The translations under genes were made by a program, and so were the position numbers. DNA of 64,000 bases from Marsupella aquatica (taxonomy: Eukaryota > Plantae > Marchantiophyta), in contig OZ316891.1 of assembly GCA_973895155.1 (NCBI GenBank), positions 12,956,771 through 13,020,770 on the forward strand, read 5' to 3'. The notes beneath the pieces are model-generated. The model was not told the DNA's origin, ran no database searches, and worked only from the letters and a program-made list of their open reading frames with translations. Shown here in pieces: positions 12,536-26,100 of this stretch. Each line of letters opens with the position of its first letter. Position 1 is the stretch's first letter.

Positions 12536-12835
12536 ACTCCTATTTCACCTCCTTTACTGTACAAATCATCTGACCTTCCAAATATTGAGTGAAACTTCTA
12601 GGGAAGGCAAATCCTCATTTGCTGCGTTGCTGACTCCTATTTCATCTCCTTCACTGTTTGCCTAAACAAATCATCTGACCTTCCAAATATTGAGTGAAAC
12701 TTCTGGGGCAAGGCAAAAACTCATTTGCTGCGTTGCTAACTCCTATTTCATCTCCTTCACTGTTTGCCTAAACTAATCATCTGACCTTCCAAATATTGAG
12801 TTGAAACTTCTGGTGCATGGCATATGCTCATTTGC
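12536..12835. repeat. Minisatellite, 3 x ~100 bp
   Basis: The core AATCATCTGACCTTCCAAATATTGAGT(T)GAAACTTCT and the motif ACTCCTATTTCA.CTCCTT recur three times at ~97-105 bp spacing. Confidence 0.9.
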
Positions 12836-13445
12836 AATTGGCAGTTTTAGTCACAGCGTCAGAAGCCCAGCACCACCATGGGCTCCTTTCTACTTCGAAG
12901 GACTTGCATCTTCAATCATGCTTGCTCTGGGAGTAATTATGTAGTAATGTACTGTTGTTTACAAAAATATAATGAACCAAAAAATGAGAGTTTTAGCACG
13001 AGATTTGAGGGGCTATTATTGCCCATAATACTCTGTAAACAAGGTACTTAACACACTTAAAGGCTTGAGAGAATTTCAAAATTTCAAAATTCAGTAAAAG
13101 TAGAGGATACTCTTACTGAAGAGATGATCCAGATCTTGATCGGGAATGCTCTGGAAAATACAAAGAAAACTACTGCACTAAAAAATCCAAAGGGAAAAAT
13201 CTGGTTATTGCCAGAACTAATAATATTAGAATTACTGTACGGACTTAGTTAGAAAACGGACAATCCGATCTGTTTTTTCACCAGATCTGGTCAGTGAATA
13301 CCACACATGCGCCACATTATAGACCTCAACTAGTATGCTCCAACGTTAATTCATTTCTGTGAACTGCTGATTTGGGTTATAACCTGCCAGGAAGCGTTAT
13401 AATCCCATCATCAACGATATCCACACAACTGAGAAGCGTCTTTAC

Positions 13446-15936
13446 CTCCTTTCCTGGAGCAACCTCGACAGAACAACCAAGTGCTGATATTCCCTTCAGT
13501 CGACAGTTCCTGCAGCAAACCACCATAACTTTGGCTTGTCAGATCATTTTAGGACAGTGATTGTGCAACAGCCGACGAAAGGATGGATCAAAACCTCCCA
13601 GCCCTAGCCAGGCATCCTGGCCACCACTGGGCAAGGGATACGGAGGTTTTGATCCATCCTTTCCTACGGGTCGGTGATACAAGCTACAATGGGAGCGGAC
13701 ACTACCAACTATTCTGTGAAGTCTCAAACTGAGTTCTAATAACCCGAACCATGGTCAGACCAGCTACTTTAGCTTTTGCCCGTTGTACACAATCGCTTGT
13801 CCGACCTACAGTGGTCACCTGAACCAGCTACACCACCTGAAGTTGGCAAGTCAGTCATACCGGCTATACCCACTGAACTCTGTTCCTCCGCAAGACTGGC
13901 ATGTGCAATTGCAAGCAGAGAAACAAATTGGGAGGAGGAATCGAAAGTTCAAGTGGTGCAGTGAAAATTGAAATATAAGATAAAATGAACATACCGATCC
14001 ACAATCAATTATGTCAATTGACATAACTCCAGTATCCTTTCTCACCTGGGCCAATAACCACATTGACTTTGTCTGGTCGTACCTGCAAGATCATGATAGC
14101 CGGCATGAATATGCTCTTTAGGTTCCACTACAAGAATGCGCCCAGACTTGCTCAACAACCTATATCTTCAAATTCTGACGACAGACATCAGGTCGGGTAG
14201 CAATGTCGAATTTTATTAGCGGTATCAACTGTTCATGCTATCAAATGGTCTCGAAACAACAACAATGACAATCCTGACCTGCCTCAGATTCGTGTGAACT
14301 CCAAGAATGTGAACGATATCAACACACTACCTTCATGACATCAATTACTTGGGGCCCCTGCTGGTGGTGGATGGCAATTCTTCATCTCACCTGCGTTTGC
14401 AAACCAGTCTGAAGCCCACATATTCCTTGAACCTACTATTGTTCCGTTGAACCAGCCAAGAGGGGGACATTCTCAATTCATGGTCGTGAACTAAACCGCA
14501 AGCAGTGAAGTTATCACATCAAACATTTGGAGACTAACCACGGAAACTAACTTCTAAGTCCAGGGAAATCAGTGTAAGATCTGGAAAGAATGATTTCTTA
14601 ACTTCGAGAATGTTGAGATGTGGATATAGTGAGCATCCCAGTAAAACAAAGACGACTATTGTGCCAAAAATCCAACACAATCTGTCATGAAACCAAGCGC
14701 AACAAAACAAATCACAGAAAGTCCTGTTTGCTAGTTGCCAAGATTGACGTGCTGGGACATTGGTATCCATCTAGAATGCTGTTATTCCAATCTCTTCACC
14801 AGCAATCTGCACTTATACATGTTTTCAATTAGTTGATCACGGTATACGAAAGCACAAGCAGAAGCATACTCACATTCCTTCCCAATACTAAATCTTTGCA
14901 GTAACGTAGGAAACCGTTTATCCATGTCTCCCAGCGCATCCTCTGATCCAAGAATATCAGTCAGTATCAGGGGTCACCATCTCCACCTAATCCCTTTGCA
15001 TCCAGAATAAGGCCATTGCAACTCCAGCTACTAAAGCATTCACTGGAACTCCCGCATCCAGCATTGCAAGACAATTAGTATAGATTAAAGCCATACCGTA
15101 TCACAAACAATAATTCACAACTTATTAACCGGCTTCAACCACAGCTTAGAACAGCACAGAAGCATTCCATATCCAGAGTTGCACTACGAAAAAGCAATGC
15201 TAAATTAACATCCAAAGGAAGCGCAACCCCAACCAAACCTTGACGAGTCGTTCCTTTCTGCGATAGAAATCTCAACACGGACAGTACAGGGAATTTCTTG
15301 TACTGCACGTTTAAGGGCCGTCGCTGCTAGTGTAGCATGACCAATCTCTCGTCGTCTGGGTGCTCCAACTCGACCTGTTTCCCTCACGGAGGATCGGGGG
15401 AATGCGTACTACACAAAGGAAACGAGAAAGGTGGACTCGGACTACTTATTGCCAGTGACACTGCATTGTCTTGCTCGAGATGCCACTCGTGATTAATCAC
15501 ATCAAGGTCTTGTGTGACGTGTTCACGCATTTGTGAAAAATCCCCGGAATCACCTACACCGGTGCATATCACCATGGCATAAATCTGATTCAGCGGTTCG
15601 ATTGTAAGGAATTACACTTCAAAATCTGATTTAGACATGTGTGCTTGATTTAAAATCACACCGACCACACACTGCATTCTCCGTTTAATTCACACGTACA
15701 ATTCCTGACACTACCTCTGAAGTTCCAGCAATCACCGTATCCCGCACTGAATTAGCAGTCACCTGCACTGTCTGATTATAACAAAATTGCCCATCCACCA
15801 ATCGTACTCGAACACCGCCCACCGATTTTGCGATGGGTGTGCCCCAAAGTGCTCTGAATTTTGTACATCTGGTGAAGGAAACAGTAATCTGAATGGATTG
15901 CAACCTGGAGAAGCCGACTCTTTGCAGAAGTTCCAC
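13446..15936 (-). pseudogene. Decayed, intron-containing pseudogene of plastid-type polyribonucleotide nucleotidyltransferase (PNPase)
   Basis: Collinear minus-strand fragments: RNase PH1 end SVGGVRVRLVDGQF..N.T...IAGT (~15720-15830); PH2 YAFPRSSVRETGRVGAPRRREIGHATLA..AL...PCTVRVE (15240-15408); LAMLDAGVPVNALVAGVAM/LILD..GLGGDGDP/ILTDILGSEDALGDMD with two frameshifts (~14920-15070); GEMKNCHPPP (~14330-14390); IAGMTDLPT (~13840-13870); S1 exon NCRLKGISALGCSVEVAPGKE (13446-13509). Large parts are missing. Confidence 0.85.
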
Positions 15937-18900
15937 CTCCGTCTATCAGCTCTAGCTGTGGGTGTTTGCGGCTGCAGCAAAAGTGCGAGGAAGGAAGGCG
16001 CCAGGTTCGTTTTGTTCAAGCTTAGGTTACTCGTTTCTCGAAGAGAGGTGGGGCAGCATTCTCACTGCTGGAGTCTTTCGCCGGGGGCGACGCGGGAGGG
16101 AAGGTCGACATTATGGAGGTGTGATTTGAGTGCCGGGCAGCTCCCAAAGCAGCGGAAGAAAGAAGGATTGTAACTACTAAACTACTGAAGCCTTCCTGCC
16201 CGCCTGCCGGTTTCGAAGCACGTTTGTGTTGCAAGCAACGTTAATAAGGAATGATTTAAAATAGAGCGAGAATTCAACGTTGTTTGCTGTTATCGTTTGT
16301 CGTCGCGTTCTCTCCCCAGGGAGTTGCAGTTTGGAATCTCGGAGGGAAAATGTCCTCACTCCAGGAAAACCCTCCCCAGCGTTGCGTCACCCGCACACGT
16401 AAACCCTCTGTGAACCACAAACGGCTTGTCCGTGAGTGGCGTCTGACAGCCGGTCAGCGATGATCCTTGAGAGTCTAGGTACTGTAGATCTGATCTACGT
16501 GGTTCACGTTTCTGTGTCCAGTCATGAGGTAGTCTCTTGGTCGCTCGCGTCATCCATGTTCGTGTGTCCAAAGTCGCCTCCAGTCCTCCACCCCTGGCTG
16601 CTGAAGAGATGCCGCCTACGACAGTACACTGTACCTACCCGCACTGAGCTTCCAATGCAAGTTTGTGATCTCAGTTACCCTCACGCAACACCGACTTTGA
16701 CTCTGAATTAACGAGGTACTGTTTCAGTGTATGTTCTCTGGATAACATCGCCCTTTTGTGGACTTCCCGGCCAGATTTGCCAGACTGACGATATACCAAA
16801 ATGCTTTCGCATGCGTCGATGGGCCTGGTAATCCATTCTTCGAGAGCAAAAGCAGCGGGATAAATTGATAGGTGCGTATCGAATGGATGCATTTAGATAT
16901 GAGAATGGTAGTCGTTTTTTTTCCTTCCCTGTTGTTCTCTGCTGGAATGCGACCGTGCTTACGACCTTCAGCTGTGTTAAGCCATTCGTAATTGCATAAA
17001 GTTTTGAGATGAGTCGACAGTTAAGCTTGCACAAAGATATAGCAAGCTAGTCTGAGTAGTTAATTTGAGCACAGTCGAGTTTCATTTTCGCCTGTCTTTG
17101 CCACGTCGATGGTCAATGCGATGCCATGCTCTTCAAGTACGAATCGCGACGAGCGGGCTTCCATCGTTACCAGCGTGGTGTAGTTCAGTTTCGTGTGATG
17201 CAAGTTTTTTTCTTGATTTGACACAAAATCCAGTGACTATTTGCCACGAGGTAGGTCCAGGGACCACCTACCTAAGCATGACTGCCTATCCAGTTCCTTT
17301 GCAGAATTGCCCTCGTCTAACGAAGATTTTGACCTTCCCAAATGACCCCAACTCACGCCTCCTTTCATCAATCCCAGTCCAGTGCTGCAGATTTCTCATA
17401 GCAATACCTGAAATCGAGGGAAATCTTTTAAAACAGATCGCATTGCAGCAAAGAGTGTTGCATGGGAACGGCACCGTAGATAAGGAAGAGGCTCAGTTCA
17501 ATGAACTGTCGCGTACCACATTTGCATTTCCGTTATAGGTTGCTTAAAGTACACCCAAAGTTTACAGAGTAGCAATTTAGCGTAAGCAACTAACTTACTT
17601 TACAGAAACAAGAAGGTCAACTTTTATAGAAAGTTAAAAGTATTGGGAAACCTGGCTGGACCGTGCCGGTAGGGCAGCGCAGCACTCAACGCCGTAAAGC
17701 AAGCAATCGATCGATCCCTCGCAGAAGTCCTCCTGCCAAAGCCATATCTGCCATGGATTCCCAAACTCTACGGCTCAGATCACTACTGGCGCTGTTCATG
17801 AAGATTCGTTCCGCTTCGCTGGCCCACGCCCTGGGATGGATTGAACATCTTCTCCTCACATAATTATCAAGAGAGACACATAGCGAAGTATTTCACCATT
17901 TTATATTGCGAGCGGTCATCAGCTCTGGTTGTTGGATCAGGGTGGCAACGACAGACGACGTTGGTAGCGATCTCCTTGGCTTTCAAGTCCTTTCGGTCAG
18001 GCCTACGGTTTCCGCAATTATAAGATAAGCGTGTAAAATGTCGTACCAGGCCAATGGCCGATGACTACGACTGTACAGTAGGCGACTTGGCGTCCTTCGT
18101 GCCGGGTCGGCGCAGGGTTCGTCTGGTCCAGAGCTATGGGGTAAAGTCAGATGGAGTCAGGTCGGGCAGGGGTACTTTTGAAGAACATAACGGTACCGCG
18201 TTTTAGGAACAGGAGCTTAAGAAAGGGCGCATTCATAGGAATGATTCCCTTGGCCGGTTCCCTGACCGGGGGAGGATGGATGATTTTGGCGTTGCTACCC
18301 GCTTGGCCGAAAATCGGAAGGAAATGCAAGAGGGCTGGGAGGGAAGACGTCGGTTTTCACTGGTGGCGAGCAAGTTCTCTTTGGACCGTAGTCAAGCGTG
18401 CCTAGCCTACTTTTGACCTGGAGTTGGGAGGAGTCTTAATTATGACTCCACTCCACTCCCCTCCCGTTTTCGTAAAGAAGGCTTCCGCCTATTTGCAGTC
18501 GACTTTTCGTCACGGTCAAGTGGCACGCTGCACAACCCTAGGCGGTAGCGCTAACGTGATGCCCTTCGTGAGGCCAGCCTCTAAGCAGAACAGTAATTTC
18601 GTGTGCTGAGCTATGAGAAATTCGGAGAGCAAGGAAGCAGGGAATGGTTGATGGTTTTTGAGGCTTCAATGTTATTTGCTGCCTGTCTTTGCAGCCCGAC
18701 GCTTATGATTCCAGCTACAACGAACAGCATCGGAATGCTTGGTCAGCTCTTGGTGAGCTTCAACGGGTGTTCCATCCATAGCAGGTGAGGAGAAAGACAA
18801 TTGTAGCTCGGTGCTTGGTGTTTACCTTTACTCAGAAAAGCGTCCACATATGGAGCGGTGCTCTAGCAATCTCCTCAGTACAGATCATTTTACGATTATG

Positions 18901-20104
18901 ATTTTGAGTCACGCTCTTGAAACACGGTGTGCATCAAGGAACTCCAATTTGCTTAGTTGTTGGTTGTGCGCCGGTCGTCTCGTGGCGTATTTGCATCCCT
19001 CTGCCCGCTTCAAGTCTGCTTTTGCCCTTTTCGGCTTCAGAGGCGCTGGACTTCGACACGCTGAGCACGCCAGAGTCTTTCAAACTCTAGGCGAGTTATA
19101 GTGCTTTGATTACGCATCACCGAAACAGCGACTCTCCTTACTCTTTTAAGCACAGCTATAGTGGACGTTCCCGATCTCATCCCTTAAGACAGAGTGCGGG
19201 TGGGAAATCTTATGACACCTACATGTTGCCGTCCCAATGCCAAACATTCCATGTTACCCGGTAATGGCGGAAGTGGTATTTAGTACCTCATGGACAGGTG
19301 CGGTATTCACTATGGCCTTTTACTGGCCCTGCCTAGTTTCTTGTTTGAAATCACCTCATACCAGAATTATTCCTTCTGTAGCTTCGCATGCCGTCCAGCA
19401 GGTGGTCAGCGATCAGACTATCTAGCAGCTGAGACTCGTTTTGGCGCAGTGCACCTTTTCTGATAGCAGCCGAATAATTATATCACCAATGTGAATCCAG
19501 GGAGACACTCATGTGGAGACGAACTCTACTGCCACGGTTTCGCAGACGCGCTTGTGACCTATTCTATGTTTCCGATTTCACGTTGCAAGCAGCTAAAGTT
19601 CGGTCATACTTGAACTGGCCTCAGTTTTTAACGATGTATGGGGTAGCCTGGCATCGAATTATCTCGGAAAGGAACTTATGTGTTCTTATGATATTCCGAA
19701 CGTGACTTCATTCGTAAGGATCGTGTGACCAGCTTGCCGACTCTGTGCAATGGACGATGGTAGATTCTCGCGGTTGTGTAACTGGTTGTCTCTGGCGTGT
19801 GGTTAGGTGGATGGTAGTTAAAGGCTTGAGAGCCGTTCACGGATGCGGATCACTTGCTTGAAGTTTAGTAAGAGGACATACTGGGGTAATTCTCCTCTAC
19901 TGTCTGCCAAGCTCATATTGATCGAGGTGCGGATGAATTTTTTCACTGTTAGAGCTGGCTATGATTGATTCATGTTGGATTTCTCGGTATATTCGGGTGG
20001 GGTTTAAGCTTTCTTGTTCTTCTGAGCCGCTAGTTTCTCGTGTTTGTGCCATCCTTGAGGGATGACTGTTTTTCTTTCTTTCTTCGTTTTCTGGTTACGC
20101 TAGG

Positions 20105-23100
20105 ATGATGAACATCACATCGCCAACTGAGGTGGAAGTCCCGGTTCCCCTGGGAAGCTCAAAGAAGCAGCGAAGTGCAAGGAGCAGCGGGAAGAAGGGA
20201 TGGACGCCAGCTGTACCTGAGAAAAGACGGCTTGTTGGCTGCAGCTACTCAACCAACGATGGCTTTTCCCCTCACATGCTCGTTTGGGCTAAGTTAGATG
20301 GTGGACCTTGGTGGCCTGCTCGGGTACGTGGAAAATACTTCTGTTTGGGACTTTTCGTTGTCTGCACAGATATCGTCGGTGGCCTACGGTTAGTAATTTT
20401 AGGGGAATTCAGTTCTGACAGTCGTTGATCCAGCTAGAGGAGCGGCCCTATCTTTGGACGCAGGAATAAATACGTCTCAGATTTCTGAGTGGAATATGTC
20501 CCTCTTTCTATGATTCGAAGTTGGAATAGATTAGCCAATACTGTATTCAGACAGCTTCAATAGTGTTTCTATGCACTGTCAACAGCTACCGTGTTGGAAT
20601 CCCTCATAAATCGTCGTCTTAGAAGATAGGATTGTGTCTCTCTTATGGAAAGACAGGTGTTGGACTTCAGTCTTACAGCTTTTCTCTGTTTTCTGTCTGT
20701 CCAGGTTGCTAACGCCGATGAGATTCCAGAAGATCTTAAAAAGTGAGTTGCGTTTCCCTCTCTGATGGTTTTTTTTTGCTTGAACTCAGGAAAAAAGAGG
20801 ATCCTGAATGCACTCACTTGCCGTCAGTGGCTGGATCAGAGTTGCTATTATCTTCCAAATATTTATCAGTTGGTTTTCTGTCTTGCAGGCAAGAAGAGGG
20901 CTGGACTTGCGTGAAATATTATGCGGTGGACAACACCAAATCCTTGTAACTACCTTTTCTGTCAAACTCTCTTACGTCTATAGATGCATACATTTACTTA
21001 TCTCGTGGCCCCTCTTAGTAGTGTAGAACAGGCAATGCACTCATTATCTCCAGCAATGCTATGAAATGGAAATGAATTTCTTTTCATCTTATTCTTAAGA
21101 GTACTTTGACGATGTCCATCATTGCTATGTGATGAAGCCTTTATGGATTGATGATCCCGACATAGTTGCTGTTGTTATCCAATTTCTTGATTTTTCTCCG
21201 TCACTTGCGTGTTCGGGTCGCTGGTTCTTCCTGGGAAACTGGTCTTCAGTTTGGGAACGTCACACATTCCGAATATTCTTACCATTCTTAGACTTACCTT
21301 TCATTAGGTAAAACACTTGCTTGTTGAGTTTTAGCTTGATACTACCTGAATTAACATTGCGGCTATGACAACTTTCTGCTGGTTTTAGTGCATGGTTGAA
21401 AGCCGAGGATCTGTCCCTATTTGAAAAGAATTGCAAGGAATTCAGTCAACAGGTGAGATAAATACTGTGAAGTCTGTTGCATGTTTGTACGAATTTCACG
21501 ATGATATGTTCTCCTTGGTATTGATCGCATTAAGATTTTTACTCTCATTTCAGGATGACATCGACCTTGCGGCTCTGATATTGATAGCCCTCGCAAATTT
21601 CTTGCACAATTTAGAACACTTTGTAACGCAGGACCCTGCAAAGGTGTCATCGTAGCAGTGTGTTGACTTTCTGGTATCGGTTTTATTAGCGAATGCTCCC
21701 ACCGCTCAATGCCTGCCCTCTTACGGTATAAATCTTTTTACATGTGCAGAATATACCTAGTGACTTCAGTGGGGGTAGCTTTAGAGCAGCTTTGACGGAG
21801 ATACAGGAGACTGCTGATAGTAGAAATGCTACTGCCACGTCCAAGGTTTCCAGTGGCACCATGAAGCAGCAAGAGAGCAAGGTACTGCTGGCATATTCAT
21901 CGCAGAATGAGGAAGGCGTCATTAAAGATGATGGACACGTTGGAGACGTTATAGAGCAGCCACTCAAGCGTCGGAAGTTGAAGTTCAAAGGTGTGGAAAG
22001 AGTGAAAGTGACAGAGGATGATTCCCATGCAAACTCAAAAGGAAAAGAGACCTTGAAGGAGGTGAAAGGCCCAGACAGGATTATGGAGATGAAGAGCAAG
22101 CGCAAAAGAATGGCAAAACAATCGGCTGAGTCCGAGGGAGATGGAGCTGCCACAGGGGAATCTTCCGAGTTATCAAGCAAGAAGTTTGGATCGCCTACTC
22201 CGAACTCGAGTAGAATGAGCTCACGCGATCTTGTGAAAAAGGCAAGGGGGAAGAAAACTGGGGCTGATGGGGTAAGTCTTTGATGCATGCCTTACAGGGA
22301 AAGATATGACTGGAAGTTTCTGGTTTGGACTCTATCAACTTGTGCAGAGATGGCCTTCTGTGCTCATTTGTTAGCTTTCTCGTTCGCAGGTCATTGTAGC
22401 GGTTTTTTTTTTCAATGTTTTGCTGCCAAGTTTTATTGGTTTTTTCTGACAACATATTCTTGCTTGTTTTTTTTGCTGCTGGATGGTACAGTACTATTTC
22501 GAGTGCATGGTCTGTGATATTGGTGGTAATCTCCTTTGTTGTGACCTCTGCCCTCGGGTTTATCATCTTGCGTGTCTGAGCCCGCCTTTGAAAAGAACAC
22601 CACCTGGGAAATGGATTTGTCCTGTCTGCCGTGATACCCCCGGAGGATTGAAAGCTATTGGAACACAACAATCAGATTCCAAGCCAAGATTCAAAACTAC
22701 AAATGAGAATGAGGTGCCTGCTGTTGTTCCTGCCCCCAAAATGAAACCGGGTCCTAAAAAAGGATGGAAATTGTTTCTTAGAGGAAAGCAGCTGAATTCA
22801 GATCAGGATTTGAGAAAGCTGCGAAAGAGGAAGCGAGAGGAAGATGCAGAACGATCAAGGAAAAAGCTGACCTCGAAGCTCAGTAGGCCCTTATCTTCTC
22901 AGACTCATCCCAAATGCAGGCAATGCGGTGCAGGCATCAATTCATCTGGAGAGTCTCCAAGCAGTGTATATTGCAAAGAGTGTGTGGAGCTATTGAAGAA
23001 GAGGAATACCCATTCTGTAGGGAGGACGGTACTTCCACGCAAGGACATGATACCCAGTAGACATTCAAAGCTGAAGCCTGGGAAATGTGATATTTGTAGC

Positions 23101-26100
23101 AAACAGGGACTTCTGATATTCTGTGATCTTTGCCCGAGAGGATTTCACAAGGATTGTCTGAATCCACCCAGGAAGAGAGCTCCAAAAGGAGCTTGGTCTT
23201 GCCCCAAATGTGGCCCTGTCAAAGAGACGAAGGATTCAAAAGAAGTACAACAAGGGCGAGATGCTGCAAAAGACGTGAAAGTAGGGAAGACGATGAAAGC
23301 CGCCAAAGTGGTGAAAGATACCGAACAACTTAAAGAAGGTAAAGACGAGGAAACTTCCGCCGCTCCTCCCTCGCTGGAGGTCGATCGAATTTTGGGTTGC
23401 AGAGTTCCTTTTAAATCTCCTTCAACCTGCAAACGGGTGGAGTCAGTGGGTGGTGATATGCCTAGTGATGGCAAGCCTCTTGACGATGGATTAAAGAGTG
23501 AACCGGCCCATGGCACGCCTGGAGCAAAGTCGGACGATAGAAAATGTATTGAGATCAGATTACCTATATGTGAAGTCGAGAAAGATTTATCAGCTAAGTT
23601 GGTATCCAACGAGGCAACAAGTGCACCTGAAATTAGTGGTGCAGTAGGAGCAGGACCTGAAACTGAAAGTGATGTTGGGTTTGGATCAACGAGTCCTGTT
23701 GCGGTCGCGAGAGATGATACAGCTGACCTGTCTTCAACGACGAAAGCAGGAGATATTGTCTCAGAGGGGCTTGCAAATGATGTTCCTTCACAATTGAAGA
23801 AGCCCCCAAGCGAGAAAGAGACTCGATTAGAAATCAAAACCGTGGAAGGGGTTATCTCTGATGGGAAGGATCAAGTAAGCAGGATTAGAAAGGATGGCTT
23901 CCAAACAAGTATATCAGAAGCAGCAGGAAGTAAGGAAGATGCTGGAAGCGTGGCAGATGTTGCCAAAGTGGCTCAAACTAGCTCGGAAAACAGAGGTACT
24001 GTCGGTGCAGATATGGTAGGTGTTGGCATTAGCGCATCTAGGCTCCAAGAACTACCGTCTAGTGCGAAAGAGTGCGGTGATTTGGAAGAAAGGTCGTCTC
24101 TGGAACTCTCAAGCAGTGCAAAAGATGTTTCTATTTCTGATGAAACTCAACCACCAGTGATGGAGGATCCACCGGTTGTAAAAGAGGTCGCTGCAGTCTC
24201 TTATAGAAATCTTTCACAGAAGTCTTTGGGTCCTGCGATACCACAACCTGAGCTTGAATTTCTTGTCAAGTGGGCTGGAAGAGCACACATTCACAATGAA
24301 TGGGTGAGTGAAGAACTACTACGTAGCATTGCAAAGCGGAAACTTGAAAATTTCAAGTTAAAGCATGGGAATGCTCCAAAGATGCTCGTGGAGGACAAGT
24401 GGGTAAACCCTCAACGAATCGTCGCTAAAAGGACAGTCGAAGGAAAATCTGAAGAAGTCCTTGTAAAGTGGTCTGGATTGTCGTATGAGGAATGTACATG
24501 GGAACCTGTGGACCATGCGGTAATAGCAACTAATGCTTTTTTGATAAGATTTTTTGAGCGCATTGAGCAAGAAGTTCGGAGTTTAGATGCGGAAGCGGTT
24601 GGTAAAGATGCAGACATTCTCGATCCATCTTGTGGGAGGGGGCAACGACCAACAGAGATTGAACCTGTCAAAGAACAGCCTGATTACTTGAAAGGAGGAT
24701 CCTTGTTTCCACATCAGATGGAAGCCCTCAATTGGTTGCGCAAGTGTTGGCATCGACAACGAAATGTTATCCTTGCCGATGAGATGGGTCTCGGGAAGAC
24801 AATATCAGCTTGTTCTTTCATAGCAGCACTACATCATGAATTTAAAGTGAGGTCCCCTTGCCTTGTTCTAGTTCCACTATCAACAATGCCCAACTGGCTT
24901 GCAGAGTTTGCGCTATGGGCCCCGTCCCTAAACGTGATTGAGTATCATGGGTGTGCCAAAGCGAGAGCGTTGATCCGGGAATATGAATGGCATGCAGATG
25001 CTCTGGATGGTACCGGCAAGAAACTGAAAGACAGATTCAAGTTCAATGTGATGTTAACAACCTACGAGATGGTCATTGCTGACTCAAGTCAACTACGAGC
25101 TGTCCCATGGGAAGTGCTTGTAGTTGACGAAGGCCATCGACTGAAAAACTCTAGTAGCAAACTTTTTACTCTCCTTAATACATTCTCATTTTCCCATCGC
25201 GTACTTCTGACCGGTACTCCATTGCAAAATAATTTTGCGGAACTCTTTAATCTCTTGAACTTTCTACAGCCGGATGATTTTCCGTCGTTGGCTGCCTTTC
25301 AAGATAAGTCTGGCTCTCTCAGCACTGCCGAACAAGTGGAAGAGCTAAAGAAACTTGTTGCCCCTAACATGCTTCGTCGACTCAAGAAGGATGCTATGCA
25401 AAAGATTCCTCCCAAGACAGAGCTAGTGGTGCCGGTGGATATGAATTCTGTGCAGATCGAATACTATAAGGCCCTTCTGACAAGAAATTACCAGGTACTG
25501 AGGAATGGGGGTAAGCATCAGTCGATGCTGAACATTGTCATGCAGCTGCGCAAAGTCTGTAACCACCCATATCTCATTCCAGGGACTGAGCCAGATTCTG
25601 GAACTCCTGCATTTTTGCAAGACATGAGGATTAAGGCTTCAGCAAAGTTAATGCTTTTGCACTCAATGCTGGGCAAGTTAAGGGCAGATGGCCACAGGGT
25701 GCTCATATTTTCACAGATGACCAAATTACTTGATATCCTTGAAGACTACTTAACTTACGAGTTTGGGGAGGATACGTTTGAGCGAGTTGATGGATCTGTC
25801 TCTGTAGCTGAGCGTCAGACAGCTATTGCTAGATTCAATCATGACACCTCACGCTTTGTTTTTCTACTGTCCACTCGTGCCTGTGGCCTGGGAATCAATC
25901 TGGCTACTGCAGATACTGTAATTATATATGACTCTGACTTTAATCCACAAGCTGACATCCAAGCAATGAATCGAGCCCACAGGATAGGGCAGTCAAAGAC
26001 GCTGCTCGTGTACAGACTTGTGGTGAGGGCTAGTGTGGAAGAGCGCATCTTGCAGTTGGCAAAGAAGAAATTGATGTTAGATCACCTTTTTGTACAAAAG

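Noticed and set aside
12536-12835. Regularly spaced repeats superficially like a CRISPR array
   Set aside because: The intervening sequences are also repeated (no unique spacers), the context is eukaryotic, and no cas genes are present.
17065-17538. 157-aa ORF upstream of the CHR4-like gene
   Set aside because: Non-ATG start, no recognisable domain, and located in the presumed promoter region.
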